Shown: in pieces, positions 27,790-37,911 of the stretch | Layout of the letters: each line of letters opens with the position of its first letter | Numbering within the stretch: position 1 is the stretch's first letter | Assembly: GCA_028868255.1 (NCBI GenBank) | Contig: JAGWUY010000001.1 | Coordinates: 1-48,284 of the forward strand | DNA: 48,284 bases | Origin: Alphaproteobacteria bacterium | Lineage (GTDB): Bacteria; Pseudomonadota; Alphaproteobacteria; Rhizobiales; Aestuariivirgaceae | Reading direction: 5' to 3' | Notes under the pieces: model-generated | Database searches by the model: none | Told to the model about the DNA's origin: nothing | What the model saw: only the letters and a program-made list of their open reading frames with translations | Made by a program: the position numbers and the translations under genes

Positions 27790-29757
27790 TTACACCGCCA
27801 TTGCCAATTTGCGACCCTCAAAAATCGCCGCCACTGCCGTGCGCGGGGCCATGGCATCACCAATCATTGGCGCATCGAGATCATCACCCAATTCACGGTT
27901 GGAGATATTGGTAGCCGCGATCACCAATGTGTCAGCCGCAATGCGTTCAGGCTTGCCCCCTGCACTGCGCACCAGCGCAGCATCACCTTGCCATTCCAGC
28001 ACCACACTATCGGTGAGCAGCCGCACCCCCAGGCTGCGCAACTTGGCGCGCATTTCAATATCAGCCGCGGTGCGGGCCATTTCAAACATCACACTCGCAG
28101 CCGGTGTGACCAGCGTCACCGTATGGCCAGCCTCAGCCAGGGTGAGGGCCGTGCCAGACCCTTTCCAATTGGCCGTTTCATCGAGCAACACAACGCGCTT
28201 TCCGGGCCTGGCAATGCGGGCCATCACATCCTCCGCCGTTACCACATGACCGTTCTCGATGCCGGGCAACACATCATGGTCTGGCATGGCACGCTGAAAA
28301 CCTTGCCCATCAGGGGTGGAGCCTGTGGCCACAATCACCACATCAGCGCCAAAAGCCTTGGCCTCTTCGGCATCAAGCGGCGTATTGAGCAGCACCTTAA
28401 CTTGCAACCGATTGAGCTGGCGCTCAAACCAATCCAGATAGTCAATGATCTGGTGCCGCCGCGGAATAAGACCGGCAAGGCGGAATTGCCCACCTAACTT
28501 GTCTGACGCCTCTGCCAAGGTCACGCGGTGGCCGCGTTCTGCCGCCACGCGCGCCGCCTCTAAGCCAGCCACGCCACCACCGATCACCAACACGGATTTA
28601 GGCTGAGCGGCTGGCACAAAACGATCCCCTCCCCACTCAAATTCGCGCCCCGCACTGGGGTTGATCAGGCAAGAAATCCAATAATCGCGGTAACGCCGCC
28701 CCCAGCACATCTGATTGCAGGAGAGGCAAGGCCGCACATCTTCAGGCCGCCCCTCGCGCGCCTTATTGGCCAGATGCGGATCGGCAATCTGACCGCGCAC
28801 GATCGACACCATATCCGCCTGACCTGAAGCAATGACGGCATTGGCATTTTCCGGCGTGCGCACATGGCTTTCACATTGCACCTTGGCAAATGTAACAACC
28901 TGCTTCAGCGCCTCAGCCGCAGGTGCGCCCATCTTGTCAGGGTAAAACACATGCGGAATGATGCCGGTGAAATTGAAATAGCTGCCCGTGCCGCAGGTCA
29001 CATAATCCATCAATTGCCGCTCGTCATGGTAAGCCATCACCTCTTGCAGCTGTTCGATGCTGGCAAGGTTTTTAGATGACTCATCATAATGCACGGCAAG
29101 GCCAATAATAAAATCATCCCCCGCCATTTTGCGAATGCGCTCCATGATCAGGCGCGAAAACCGCGTGCGGTTTTCAAGACTGCCACCCCATCTGTCATCA
29201 CGGCGGTTGTTAAACGGCAACCAGAACTGATCGATGATGGCGTTATAGGCGGCGAACAGTTCGATACCATCAAAGCCCGCCTCCTTGGCGCGCCGCGCCG
29301 CCTGCACAAAACCTTCAATGATCTCTTCTATTTCGCGCTCGGTCATGGCATGGCTGCCATCCGAGTCATGGAAGGATGGCAGGCCGGAAGGCGACCACGA
29401 CGGTTCATAGGAATTATCAAAATCCCCATGCTGGCCCACATGATAAAGCTGGTTGCAGATGACTGCGCCATGGGCATGTACAGCATCAGTGATTTTGCGG
29501 AAATGCGGAATGACCTCATCACTCGAATGGCGAAAATTACCGCGCGTCAAAACTCCGGTGCGGTGAACCGGAACCGGCTCCACCACAATCATGCCAGCCC
29601 CACCACGTGCGCGCTCTTCATAATAGCCACGGTGGCGCTCCCCCGGCAGGCCATTTTCAGACATATTGGCCGTGTGCGAGCCAAACACAATGCGGTTGCG
29701 CAATGTCTTGTGGCGCAATTGCAAGGGCTTGAACAGGGCAGGAAACATCTCACTCAT
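27790..29757 (-). CDS. NADH:flavin oxidoreductase (OYE TIM barrel + 4Fe-4S + FAD domain; TMADH/DCR-like)
   Basis: LRNRIV, AGFDGIEL, CLSCNQMC...C cluster, IGGGVAGLEAA. Confidence 0.9.
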   Translation of the reverse strand: MSEMFPALFKPLQLRHKTLRNRIVFGSHTANMSENGLPGERHRGYYEERARGGAGMIVVEPVPVHRTGVLTRGNFRHSSDEVIPHFRKITDAVHAHGAVICNQLYHVGQHGDFDNSYEPSWSPSGLPSFHDSDGSHAMTEREIEEIIEGFVQAARRAKEAGFDGIELFAAYNAIIDQFWLPFNNRRDDRWGGSLENRTRFSRLIMERIRKMAGDDFIIGLAVHYDESSKNLASIEQLQEVMAYHDERQLMDYVTCGTGSYFNFTGIIPHVFYPDKMGAPAAEALKQVVTFAKVQCESHVRTPENANAVIASGQADMVSIVRGQIADPHLANKAREGRPEDVRPCLSCNQMCWGRRYRDYWISCLINPSAGREFEWGGDRFVPAAQPKSVLVIGGGVAGLEAARVAAERGHRVTLAEASDKLGGQFRLAGLIPRRHQIIDYLDWFERQLNRLQVKVLLNTPLDAEEAKAFGADVVIVATGSTPDGQGFQRAMPDHDVLPGIENGHVVTAEDVMARIARPGKRVVLLDETANWKGSGTALTLAEAGHTVTLVTPAASVMFEMARTAADIEMRAKLRSLGVRLLTDSVVLEWQGDAALVRSAGGKPERIAADTLVIAATNISNRELGDDLDAPMIGDAMAPRTAVAAIFEGRKLAMAV

Positions 29758-30770
29758 TTTTTCGCATAGCTCCGCAAAACATCATAAATCTCGGTGGGAA
29801 TGGGAATGCCCTCTCTGGCTAGAATCTTGGCTGTGGCTTCACGCTTGGCATTGGGCAGGCGCGCACCCTTTTGATCCGTGATCGATTTGACCAATGCTTT
29901 GATCTGGCCATCAAAGGCCCCACCAGAAAACATCTTGGGTTCAAGGGCGAAGAAAAATTGTCCGCACCCCACCGTGCGACCATCCTGCTCGGTGAAGGAG
30001 GCTTGCTCGGGCCCGCGCAGCGCGCCTGCCAAAGCGGCGCACATCACCTCTACCATGAGCGCAATTCCAAAACCTTTATAGCCACCTGCAGGCACCATGG
30101 AACCCAGCAGTCCTGCATGAGGATCAGTGGTGGGGTTACCTTGTGAATCGAGAGCCCACCCCAAGGGAATGTCACGCCCCTCTTCGGCTGCACGCTTGAC
30201 CGAAGTCCAAGGCACCACGGTTGACGATTGATCAATGAGAAAGGCCAGCTTGCCTTTACGTCCCGGCACAGCAAAGGACAAAGGATTGGTGCCGAGCACC
30301 GGAATACGTCCGCCGACTGGCGCGACAATGGGCATGGCATTGGTAAAGCCAAAGGCCACCAACCCTGCTTTAGCCAAATAGCCAGTGTGAAAGCCCAGCG
30401 TGGCCGCATTGTAGGAGTTATGCACCGCCATTCCGGCAATGCCATATTTTTGCGCCGCTGGAATGAGCTTCTTGAAACCCGCCTCAATGGCGGGGTGCGT
30501 GAAGCCGCCGCGCGCATCCACACGGTAACTCACAGGTGTAAGTTTTTTCACGCTGGGCCGCACGCGCCCATTCACCTTGCCGCTTTTGACATGGGCACAA
30601 TAATATTGCAGCCAATAAAACCCGTGTCCGTCCATACCTGAAAGTTCAGTATCGAGAATTGCATCCGTAAGATAACCAATATTGGCTTGGCCGGCCCCTG
30701 CCCCCAGCAAGGCAGAAGAAATCAAGCGCCGCGCCGCCGCCGGTCTCAATCGCAAGCCATTGTTCGTCAT
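29754..30770 (-). CDS. Ldh_2 family oxidoreductase (sulfolactate/DpkA-like)
   Basis: GHG, GTNPLSFA, GWALD..G.PTTDP, GGYKGFG. Confidence 0.88.
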   Translation of the reverse strand: MTNNGLRLRPAAARRLISSALLGAGAGQANIGYLTDAILDTELSGMDGHGFYWLQYYCAHVKSGKVNGRVRPSVKKLTPVSYRVDARGGFTHPAIEAGFKKLIPAAQKYGIAGMAVHNSYNAATLGFHTGYLAKAGLVAFGFTNAMPIVAPVGGRIPVLGTNPLSFAVPGRKGKLAFLIDQSSTVVPWTSVKRAAEEGRDIPLGWALDSQGNPTTDPHAGLLGSMVPAGGYKGFGIALMVEVMCAALAGALRGPEQASFTEQDGRTVGCGQFFFALEPKMFSGGAFDGQIKALVKSITDQKGARLPNAKREATAKILAREGIPIPTEIYDVLRSYAKK

Positions 30771-30923
30771 ATCTTCGCCCTGTGAAACAACAAGTCATCA
30801 ACGCTAACATAGCTCGAGCAAAAAATTGGCACCAAAAACTTCGACAATCAATTGAATTGATCTCCACTTCAGAGCCAGCGGCCCCTGTTGCACAATTTGC
30901 GAATTTGATTGATAGAACAAGCC

Positions 30924-31358
30924 ATGAGTGAGCCTATCCTTCCACCCCGCACCAGACGATCATTGCCCATGGCGTTGCTGCGCGCGCGCGAAGCCGTGAT
31001 GGAAGAGTTTCGCCCCATGTTGGCGCGTATTGATATGACAGAGCAGCAATGGCGCGTGGTGCGTGTGCTGGCGGAGGCTGGCGCGTTGGATGCCAGCGAG
31101 GTTGCTTTGCGCGCCTCTATACTGGCCCCAAGCCTTACCCGCATCATCCGCAATTTGGAAGAACGCAAATTAATTCGCCGAAAAAAGGATAATTCTGATG
31201 GTCGCCGTGTAATTTTGGAGATAGCGCCCGGCGGGGCAGCCTTGATCAAGAAGGCTATTCCCGAAAGTGCTGCCGCCTATGAAAGGCTGGAAGCGCGCTT
31301 TGGTGCTACCCACATCAACACACTGCTCGATCTGTTGGATCAGTTCACGGTCAAATAA
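30924..31358 (+). CDS. hpaR: HpaR-like MarR regulator
   Basis: SLPMALLRAREAVM..FRP.L, TEQQWRV.RVL, ILAPSLTRII, typical of HpaR. Confidence 0.85.
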   Translation: MSEPILPPRTRRSLPMALLRAREAVMEEFRPMLARIDMTEQQWRVVRVLAEAGALDASEVALRASILAPSLTRIIRNLEERKLIRRKKDNSDGRRVILEIAPGGAALIKKAIPESAAAYERLEARFGATHINTLLDLLDQFTVK

Positions 31359-31871
31359 CTAACCGCCAAAACTGCCGTTTTGGGAGGGCACATGCACATA
31401 GTGCCGATCAAAATAGAGCAGTGCGCTGCCATCCAGGCGTTGGCGAATATCGAACACCTGTCCCACCATCACATTGTGTGTGCCCACGCGATGAATATCA
31501 ATCACCTGACAGGCGATCGACACAATGGCATCACGCAGTGCAGGCTGACTGTGCTTGATTGGATACCAGTGAGCTGCGGCAAAGCGGGCCGTCATGTCTG
31601 TGATCGAGCCCGCAAAAATTGCAGCCAGCTTGCTATGTTCGGCAGGCAACACATTCACGCAAAACTTGCCATTGGCTTTAAACATCTCAGTTTGGCTCGA
31701 GCGCGCATTCATGCAGATCAGCAGCGTTGGCGGCTCGTCCGTCACGCTGCACATGGCTGTGGCCGTAAAGCCTCCTTGGCCAGCCGGCCCATCGGTGGTG
31801 ATCACATTGACAGGCGCGCACACCCGCGCCATGGCATTGCGAAATTCTGTTTTGGAAACCGCGCTGTCCAT
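31359..31871 (-). CDS. hpaC: Flavin reductase, HpaC-like
   Basis: FRNAMA, VNVITTDGPAG..GFTATA.CSVTDEPP, GTH. Confidence 0.88.
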   Translation of the reverse strand: MDSAVSKTEFRNAMARVCAPVNVITTDGPAGQGGFTATAMCSVTDEPPTLLICMNARSSQTEMFKANGKFCVNVLPAEHSKLAAIFAGSITDMTARFAAAHWYPIKHSQPALRDAIVSIACQVIDIHRVGTHNVMVGQVFDIRQRLDGSALLYFDRHYVHVPSQNGSFGG

Positions 31872-31874
31872 GCC

Positions 31875-33413
31875 TTATGCACCGGTTAAGGGGGGCAGCC
31901 ACGTTTCGCCCGTCCAGCCATTTTCATTATAATCGCTCATGCAGCTATCCACCAATTCTTCCATACGCTTCAATGTGCCCGTGCGCTCAGCCCCTTTCAA
32001 GACCTGCACCCGCACTTCTTCAGGAGCACCGGCATAATTTAATTCATAAAGGGCATGACGACCTCCAAATTCTGTGCCCGTGGCATCCCAAAGCAACTTC
32101 ATAATCTTAATACGCTCCACATGGCCCATATCATTGGAACCCCGCACATATTGCTGAAGATATCTGTTGATCTCTGGGTTGTGAAAATCCTTGGCTGATG
32201 AAGGCAAGTAAATAAGGCCTGAAGCCACCACTTTGCGCACAGTTTCAATCACGCGGGGGTAAGCTTCCGACATAAATGTACGATAGCAGAGGGCCGATTC
32301 TAGATTCGGCAGCACAGCTCCATTCGCCCACGGCACAGGGTTAAGTGCCATGGCATTTGAAAAACTCCAGAACATGTGGCGCAGCGCAATCACTTCACCC
32401 AACGCAGCTTGATTGCCACGGAAGGCATCACCCCCCGTAGCGCGCAAGGCCTTGGCAAGAAGTCCGGCCAAGAAATCCATTTTTACAGCAAGGCGGGTGC
32501 AACCCTGGAAGCAGTAACCATGCATGAAGCCAGAGGCCGGATGAAAAGATAAAATTTTGGCAGCATCGCGCAGCACCAAAACATCCTCCCAAGGCACAAA
32601 AACATTATCGAGCACCAAAATGGCGTCATTCTCATCAAAGCGTGATGACAAAGGATAATCAAATGGATGGCCCACAGTATTGGCCGTTTGCTCATAGGAC
32701 ACGCGGCAGATCATTTTAACGCCTGGGGCATTCATCGGCACAATAAACATCACCGATAGTGAAGGATCATCCGTGACTGTGGCGGAGCTTTGTGCAAGGA
32801 AATTATAGTGAGTGAGCGCCGAAGATGTGGCCACCACCTTGGCACCCGAAACAAAAATGCCGCCCTCGGTTTCCTTGGTAATGTGAACGAACACATCTTT
32901 AACGGCATCTGCGGGCTTGTGACGATCAATGGGCGGATTGACGATGGCGTGATTCATAAACAGCACCGATTCTTGCGCACGCTTGTTCCAAGCCTTGGCG
33001 TTGTCCTTGAATGGGCCATACCAATCGGCGTTGGCCCCCAGCGTATTCATCAAAGCAGCTTTATAGTCAGCAGTGCGGCCCATCCAGCCATAGGTCATGC
33101 GTGCCCAATCCGCGATGGCCCCCTGTTGCGCCATCAGGTCCTGCGGAGATTTCGCCACGCGGAAATATTTATGCGTATAGCCACCGGATCCGGTGTCAGT
33201 CTCAACGGTGAGCTTCGCCTTGGTCTTCTCATCATGCAGCGCATCATAGAGCCGTGCGAGCGAGCGCGCCGAATTGCGCATGGCGGGGTGCGTGGTCACG
33301 TCCTTGACACGTTCACCATCGATGTAAACCTCACGGCCATCGCGCAAGCTTTCAAGGTATTCTGCACCGGTGAATGGGCGCTTCTTGTCGGCGCGGAAAT
33401 CTTCTGAACGCAT
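31875..33413 (-). CDS. hpaB: 4-hydroxyphenylacetate 3-monooxygenase, oxygenase component
   Basis: RPFTG.EYL.SL.DGRE, NHAIVNPP, PLSSRFDEND, EFGGRH.LYE.NY. Confidence 0.9.
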   Translation of the reverse strand: MRSEDFRADKKRPFTGAEYLESLRDGREVYIDGERVKDVTTHPAMRNSARSLARLYDALHDEKTKAKLTVETDTGSGGYTHKYFRVAKSPQDLMAQQGAIADWARMTYGWMGRTADYKAALMNTLGANADWYGPFKDNAKAWNKRAQESVLFMNHAIVNPPIDRHKPADAVKDVFVHITKETEGGIFVSGAKVVATSSALTHYNFLAQSSATVTDDPSLSVMFIVPMNAPGVKMICRVSYEQTANTVGHPFDYPLSSRFDENDAILVLDNVFVPWEDVLVLRDAAKILSFHPASGFMHGYCFQGCTRLAVKMDFLAGLLAKALRATGGDAFRGNQAALGEVIALRHMFWSFSNAMALNPVPWANGAVLPNLESALCYRTFMSEAYPRVIETVRKVVASGLIYLPSSAKDFHNPEINRYLQQYVRGSNDMGHVERIKIMKLLWDATGTEFGGRHALYELNYAGAPEEVRVQVLKGAERTGTLKRMEELVDSCMSDYNENGWTGETWLPPLTGA

Positions 33414-33440
33414 CGTCTTCCTCCGAAACAGGGTTTCATT

Positions 33441-33456
33441 TGTGAATGTGTTAAAT
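33441..33456. promoter_or_regulatory. Degenerate ACTTAA-N4-TTAAGT-like site upstream of hpaB
   Basis: Minus strand ATTTAACACATTCACA. Confidence 0.3.
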
Positions 33457-33519
33457 ACCCAATTTTGGCGAGGATGAGAATTGACTTCTCGACCAATTTA
33501 ATTGTACTTTTTCGACATT

Positions 33520-34413
33520 ATGCCCACAACAAGTATTCCCGATTACTTCGTTTATGGAGAAACAACACGCGCACTTAACGCGGGCTTCCTCCATGTTGAA
33601 TTGGTTTCTGCGCGCAATTTTGTACATCGTGGCAAGGTTTTGCCCCACAAGCACCCGGGGATGGCGCAAATTACGTTTTGGTTTAAAGGCAAGGGCCGAT
33701 ACTTTATCGAGGATCAATCTTGGACATTTTCTCACCCTGCGGCCAGCCTGGTTCTGGCTGATACTGTGCATGGCTTTGAGGTAAACACCCATTCGGATGC
33801 CATAGTCTTGTCACTCGAAAATGCCGCCCTTGAAAACATATTGAATGAACTGGGCATACCATCGGCTCAGTCGCTGTTCCTGCATCATGGGGGGCAACCC
33901 CCCCAATGGCAAGCACTGCATCTCGCCATGCGAAATGCTTTTGATGAATATGAAGCCCAAGCCCCCTATTGGTCAGCACAGGTCAATTACCATGCCGCCA
34001 GCGCTGCCATTCATCTGCAGCGACTTGGTATGCAGGCACCCGCACCTTCCACCACGTCACCACCAAGGCCTGTGGCCGCACGGTTGAAGTCGCTGATCAA
34101 TTTGCATTTCCGGGAAAACTGGCCAATTGCTCGGTATGTGGGTGAAATTGGTGCGTCAGACCACACAGCCCTGCGCGCCACAAAAGCGGCCTTTGGATCA
34201 TCAATCAAAAATCTGGTGGTGCAGCGCCGGCTGCTCGAAGCAAAAAGATTGCTAGTCTATACCATAAGATCATCGGAAGACATTGCCTATGAGCTGGGCT
34301 TCAAGGATCCCGCTTATTTCAATCGCGAATTTAAGAAGCATACCGGCTTTGCCCCCGGAGTTTGGCGCAAACAAAATGCCGCTTTTCACGCGGGCACACA
34401 GCCAAAGATTTAA
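33520..34413 (+). CDS. AraC family regulator (HpaA/PobR-like)
   Basis: IPDYFVYGE, cupin PHKH..VHGF, C-terminal IAYELGFKDPAYFNR. Confidence 0.88.
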   Translation: MPTTSIPDYFVYGETTRALNAGFLHVELVSARNFVHRGKVLPHKHPGMAQITFWFKGKGRYFIEDQSWTFSHPAASLVLADTVHGFEVNTHSDAIVLSLENAALENILNELGIPSAQSLFLHHGGQPPQWQALHLAMRNAFDEYEAQAPYWSAQVNYHAASAAIHLQRLGMQAPAPSTTSPPRPVAARLKSLINLHFRENWPIARYVGEIGASDHTALRATKAAFGSSIKNLVVQRRLLEAKRLLVYTIRSSEDIAYELGFKDPAYFNREFKKHTGFAPGVWRKQNAAFHAGTQPKI

Positions 34414-35111
34414 CGCCCCACGCCATGTTTTTCATCAAAGGAATAGCCACTTGAGCGCACGGTGCGAATGGGATCAGCTTCCTTGCCGCGCGATAATTGC
34501 TTGCGCAAGCGTCCAACATGCACATCAACTGTGCGTTCATCAATCTCAGATTGATTGCCCCACACACGGTCAAGGAGTTGCGCGCGGCTGAATACACGGC
34601 CCGGTGACTGCATCAGATATTCCAGCAAGCGAAATTCGGTCGGAGAAAGTGCAATATCGCGGCTGCCGCGCATCACACGCTTGCGTGCGCGGTCGATGGT
34701 GATGTCGCCAAACGTGATTTGCTCGACAATTGTTTCAGCCCGCGCCCTGCGCAAAAGGCTTTTCACACGCGCCATCACCTCAGGAACTGAGAATGGTTTG
34801 ACGATATAATCATCAGCCCCTGTGGCGAGGCCACGCACGCGCTCAGTTTCTTCACCGCGCGCCGTCAACATGATGACCGGCAAAGTCTTGGTCTGATCGC
34901 GCGCGCGCAATAATTTGCACACTTCGATGCCAGAAATGCCGGGCAACATCCAATCCAGCAGCACCAGATCAGGCATTTCATCAGCTATGGCCATATGCAC
35001 ATCTTCGCCGGTTTCCACCACGCGGGTGCGAAACCCTTCAGCCTTCAGATTATAGTCCAGCAGCTGGTGGATGGCCGCTTCATCTTCAACAATCAGGATT
35101 GAGGCGCTCAT
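34410..35111 (-). CDS. phoB: Phosphate regulon response regulator
   Basis: LLDWMLPG, ERTVDVH.GRLRK, IRTVR; in the pst operon. Confidence 0.96.
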   Translation of the reverse strand: MSASILIVEDEAAIHQLLDYNLKAEGFRTRVVETGEDVHMAIADEMPDLVLLDWMLPGISGIEVCKLLRARDQTKTLPVIMLTARGEETERVRGLATGADDYIVKPFSVPEVMARVKSLLRRARAETIVEQITFGDITIDRARKRVMRGSRDIALSPTEFRLLEYLMQSPGRVFSRAQLLDRVWGNQSEIDERTVDVHVGRLRKQLSRGKEADPIRTVRSSGYSFDEKHGVGR

Positions 35112-35115
35112 GGAT

Positions 35116-35832
35116 TTAGTCGTTATTCAGGGATGAGAAAGGTGTGACAGACGTCTTGTCATTCTTCGGTCGCTGCTCTTTCAGCATGTATCCGTGCACC
35201 AGGTAGTAGATGTTCTCAGCAATATTCGTGGCATGATCACCAATGCGTTCAATATTTTTGGTGGCAAACAAAAGATGTGTGCACGCCCCGATCATACGCG
35301 GGTCTTCCATCATATAGGTCAGAAGTTCACGGAATATGGAATTATAAAGAGCGTCAATATCTTCATCATGTCGCCACACATCCATCGCCTTATCAGCATC
35401 GGACGAAGCAAAGGCATCCAGAACCAACTTGAGCTGCGCTTGGCTCAACTGCCCCATGCGCTCCAAGCCTTTGGTGAGGCGCTGGGGAATGCCATCATAA
35501 ATCGCGTGAGATCGCTTGGCGATGTTTTTAGCCAAATCCCCGATCCGTTCGATATCGGCAGCAATGCGAATAGTCACCATCACATTGCGCAAATCCTGAG
35601 CCATGGGTTGGCGCTTCGCGATGGTCAGCACCGCGCGCTCTTCAACCTCAATTTCTTTGGCATCCAGCAATTGGTCGGCGGCAATCACACTATCAGCCAG
35701 TTTTAGGTCACGGCGAATGAGCGCGTCTATGGCCTTGGCCAATTGCTCTTCGGCCATACCACCCATTTCGGACAACATGGATTTGAGCTGGGCTAAATCG
35801 CTGTCATAGGCTTTGACAATGTGGTCAGACAT
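35116..35832 (-). CDS. phoU: Phosphate signalling protein
   Basis: RQPMA.DLR, ERIGDLAKNIA, ERIGDHATNIAE. Confidence 0.96.
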   Translation of the reverse strand: MSDHIVKAYDSDLAQLKSMLSEMGGMAEEQLAKAIDALIRRDLKLADSVIAADQLLDAKEIEVEERAVLTIAKRQPMAQDLRNVMVTIRIAADIERIGDLAKNIAKRSHAIYDGIPQRLTKGLERMGQLSQAQLKLVLDAFASSDADKAMDVWRHDEDIDALYNSIFRELLTYMMEDPRMIGACTHLLFATKNIERIGDHATNIAENIYYLVHGYMLKEQRPKNDKTSVTPFSSLNND

Positions 35833-35842
35833 CACTTTCTCC

Positions 35843-36652
35843 TCAGCCGAAGCGGCCAGTAATATAATCTTGCGTCCGCTTTTCCTGCGGATTGGTGAAC
35901 ACGGCATCAGTATCACCAACTTCGACCAGCGTTCCCAGATGGAAAAATGCAGTGAGATCAGAGACCCGCGCCGCCTGTTGCATCGAGTGGGTGACAATCA
36001 CGATGCAAAAGTTTTGTTTCAGATCACTGATCAATTCTTCGATCCGTGCCGTGGCAATGGGATCAAGTGCAGAACATGGCTCGTCCATCAAAATAACTTC
36101 AGGGTTCACAGCAATGGCACGCGCTATACACAGGCGTTGCTGCTGGCCGCCGGAAAGTCCCGTACCGGCATGGGCCAAGCGGTCTTTCACTTCATCCCAC
36201 AAGCTGGCGCGCTGTAGGCTTTCCGTGACGATGCGCTCCAAATCAACCTTGTCCTTGGCGAGTCCATGGATGCGCACACCATAGGCTACATTTTCGAAAA
36301 TTGACTTTGGGAAAGGGTTAGGTTTTTGAAACACCATGCCTATGCGCGCGCGCAGCTCAACCACATCCACGGCGCGGTCATAAATATCCATGCCGTCAAA
36401 GGCGATTTTGCCCGTAACGCGGCACGATGGTATCGTATCATTCATGCGGTTGATCGATCGCAAAAACGTGGATTTGCCGCATCCGGATGGCCCAATGAAA
36501 GCCGAAACAGCTTTATCAGGAATCGTAATTGAAAGCTCTTTAATCGCGCTTTTTTCGCCATAATAGACATTGACGTCTTGGGCCACAATCTTAGGCGCAT
36601 TGGCTGCTATGATAGCAGGTATGGCAGGTGTAAAGACTGTCTTGAAGCTCAT
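35843..36652 (-). CDS. pstB: Phosphate ABC transporter ATPase
   Basis: [43 protein letters not shown]. Confidence 0.97.
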   Translation of the reverse strand: MSFKTVFTPAIPAIIAANAPKIVAQDVNVYYGEKSAIKELSITIPDKAVSAFIGPSGCGKSTFLRSINRMNDTIPSCRVTGKIAFDGMDIYDRAVDVVELRARIGMVFQKPNPFPKSIFENVAYGVRIHGLAKDKVDLERIVTESLQRASLWDEVKDRLAHAGTGLSGGQQQRLCIARAIAVNPEVILMDEPCSALDPIATARIEELISDLKQNFCIVIVTHSMQQAARVSDLTAFFHLGTLVEVGDTDAVFTNPQEKRTQDYITGRFG

Positions 36653-36663
36653 GTCATTCATTC

Positions 36664-37911
36664 CTACCACCGCCGTTCAAATCTGTTGCGCAACCAAATG
36701 GCAAGCGCGTTGAAAACAAAAAGTACGATCAGCAAAGCCAATATAGCCACTGACGTGCGTGAACGGAAAGCCGCCTCGGGCAACGCCGACCACAAATAGA
36801 CTTGCACCGGCAAAGCTGTTGCCGCGTCTGTAATGCGTGTTGGCACATCAGCGATAAAGGCCACCATACCGATCATCAAGAGTGGGGCCGTTTCGCCTAG
36901 CGCACGAGCCACTCCTAAAATTGTGCCCGTCAAAATGCCCGGCACAGCCAAAGGCAACACATGATGGAACACTGATTGCTGATGAGAGGCACCAACACCA
37001 AGGGCCGCTTCACGAATCGATGGTGGCACAGACCGCAGTGCTGCGCGCGACGCAATGATGATGGTTGGTAGCACCAGAAGGGCGAGAACCAATCCGCCCA
37101 CCAGAGGCGATGAACGCGGCAAGCCAAACTTATTCACAAACACAGCAAGCCCCAAAAGTCCGAAGATAATGGAAGGGACCGCGGCGAGATTGTTGATATT
37201 GACCTCAATCAGATCCCTCAATCTGCTCTGGCGCGCGAACTCCTCAAGATAGAGCGCTGCCGCAACACCCAGCGGCAAAGCCACCAGCAAGGTGATGGCA
37301 ATGGTGAAAAGAGAGCCCATAAATGCGCCACGAAGGCCGGCCTTTTCTGGCGATCGCGAATCGCCATTGGTTAGAAGGGACCAAGAAAATTCACGCGTTA
37401 ATTTGCCGGCTTCCTTCAATTTGGCCAAAGCCCGAGCTTCAAAATCCGAGTTTTCACCCAACGCAGAAACGCTCATTTGCTGACCTTTGAGAAAGCTATC
37501 AGCATCCGCAGCCAGTGGGCCCTCAACCGTAATGGTCTTTCCGATCAAACTTGGATCAGCAGTCACTTGCCGCTGCAAATTTTCGGCGATCGATGTTGAA
37601 AACAGCTTAACAAGCTTTTTCTTCTCAGGCTTTGCCGTCACATCAGGAAATTCAGCAGCAATTGCTGTTCTGACAATGGCTTGGAAATCCCCCGCCGCAA
37701 TCTGCGTGGCATCAACCTTTGCGGGGTCAACAACCAAGGAAAGCCGCACTACATACTGCGTAAGCGAGGGAATTGCGTTAATGGCAAGATTGCTGATCAA
37801 AAAGACCAGAAACAATGCCGTAAGTGCAATTGCGCTCTGACAAATGGCGCGAAATATGCGCTCACTGCGATTACGCTTGAGGGTGCGGGGCGATGAGGTG
37901 AAATTAGGCAT
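36664..37911 (-). CDS. pstA: Phosphate ABC permease with N-terminal extension
   Basis: [20 protein letters not shown]. Confidence 0.95.
   Translation of the reverse strand: MPNFTSSPRTLKRNRSERIFRAICQSAIALTALFLVFLISNLAINAIPSLTQYVVRLSLVVDPAKVDATQIAAGDFQAIVRTAIAAEFPDVTAKPEKKKLVKLFSTSIAENLQRQVTADPSLIGKTITVEGPLAADADSFLKGQQMSVSALGENSDFEARALAKLKEAGKLTREFSWSLLTNGDSRSPEKAGLRGAFMGSLFTIAITLLVALPLGVAAALYLEEFARQSRLRDLIEVNINNLAAVPSIIFGLLGLAVFVNKFGLPRSSPLVGGLVLALLVLPTIIIASRAALRSVPPSIREAALGVGASHQQSVFHHVLPLAVPGILTGTILGVARALGETAPLLMIGMVAFIADVPTRITDAATALPVQVYLWSALPEAAFRSRTSVAILALLIVLFVFNALAIWLRNRFERRW

Noticed and set aside
27634-29769. Long plus-strand ORFs 27634-28497 and 29089-29769 (and similarly 13681-14508 on the - strand)
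   Set aside because: Antisense shadows of GC-rich real genes, without motifs or start signals
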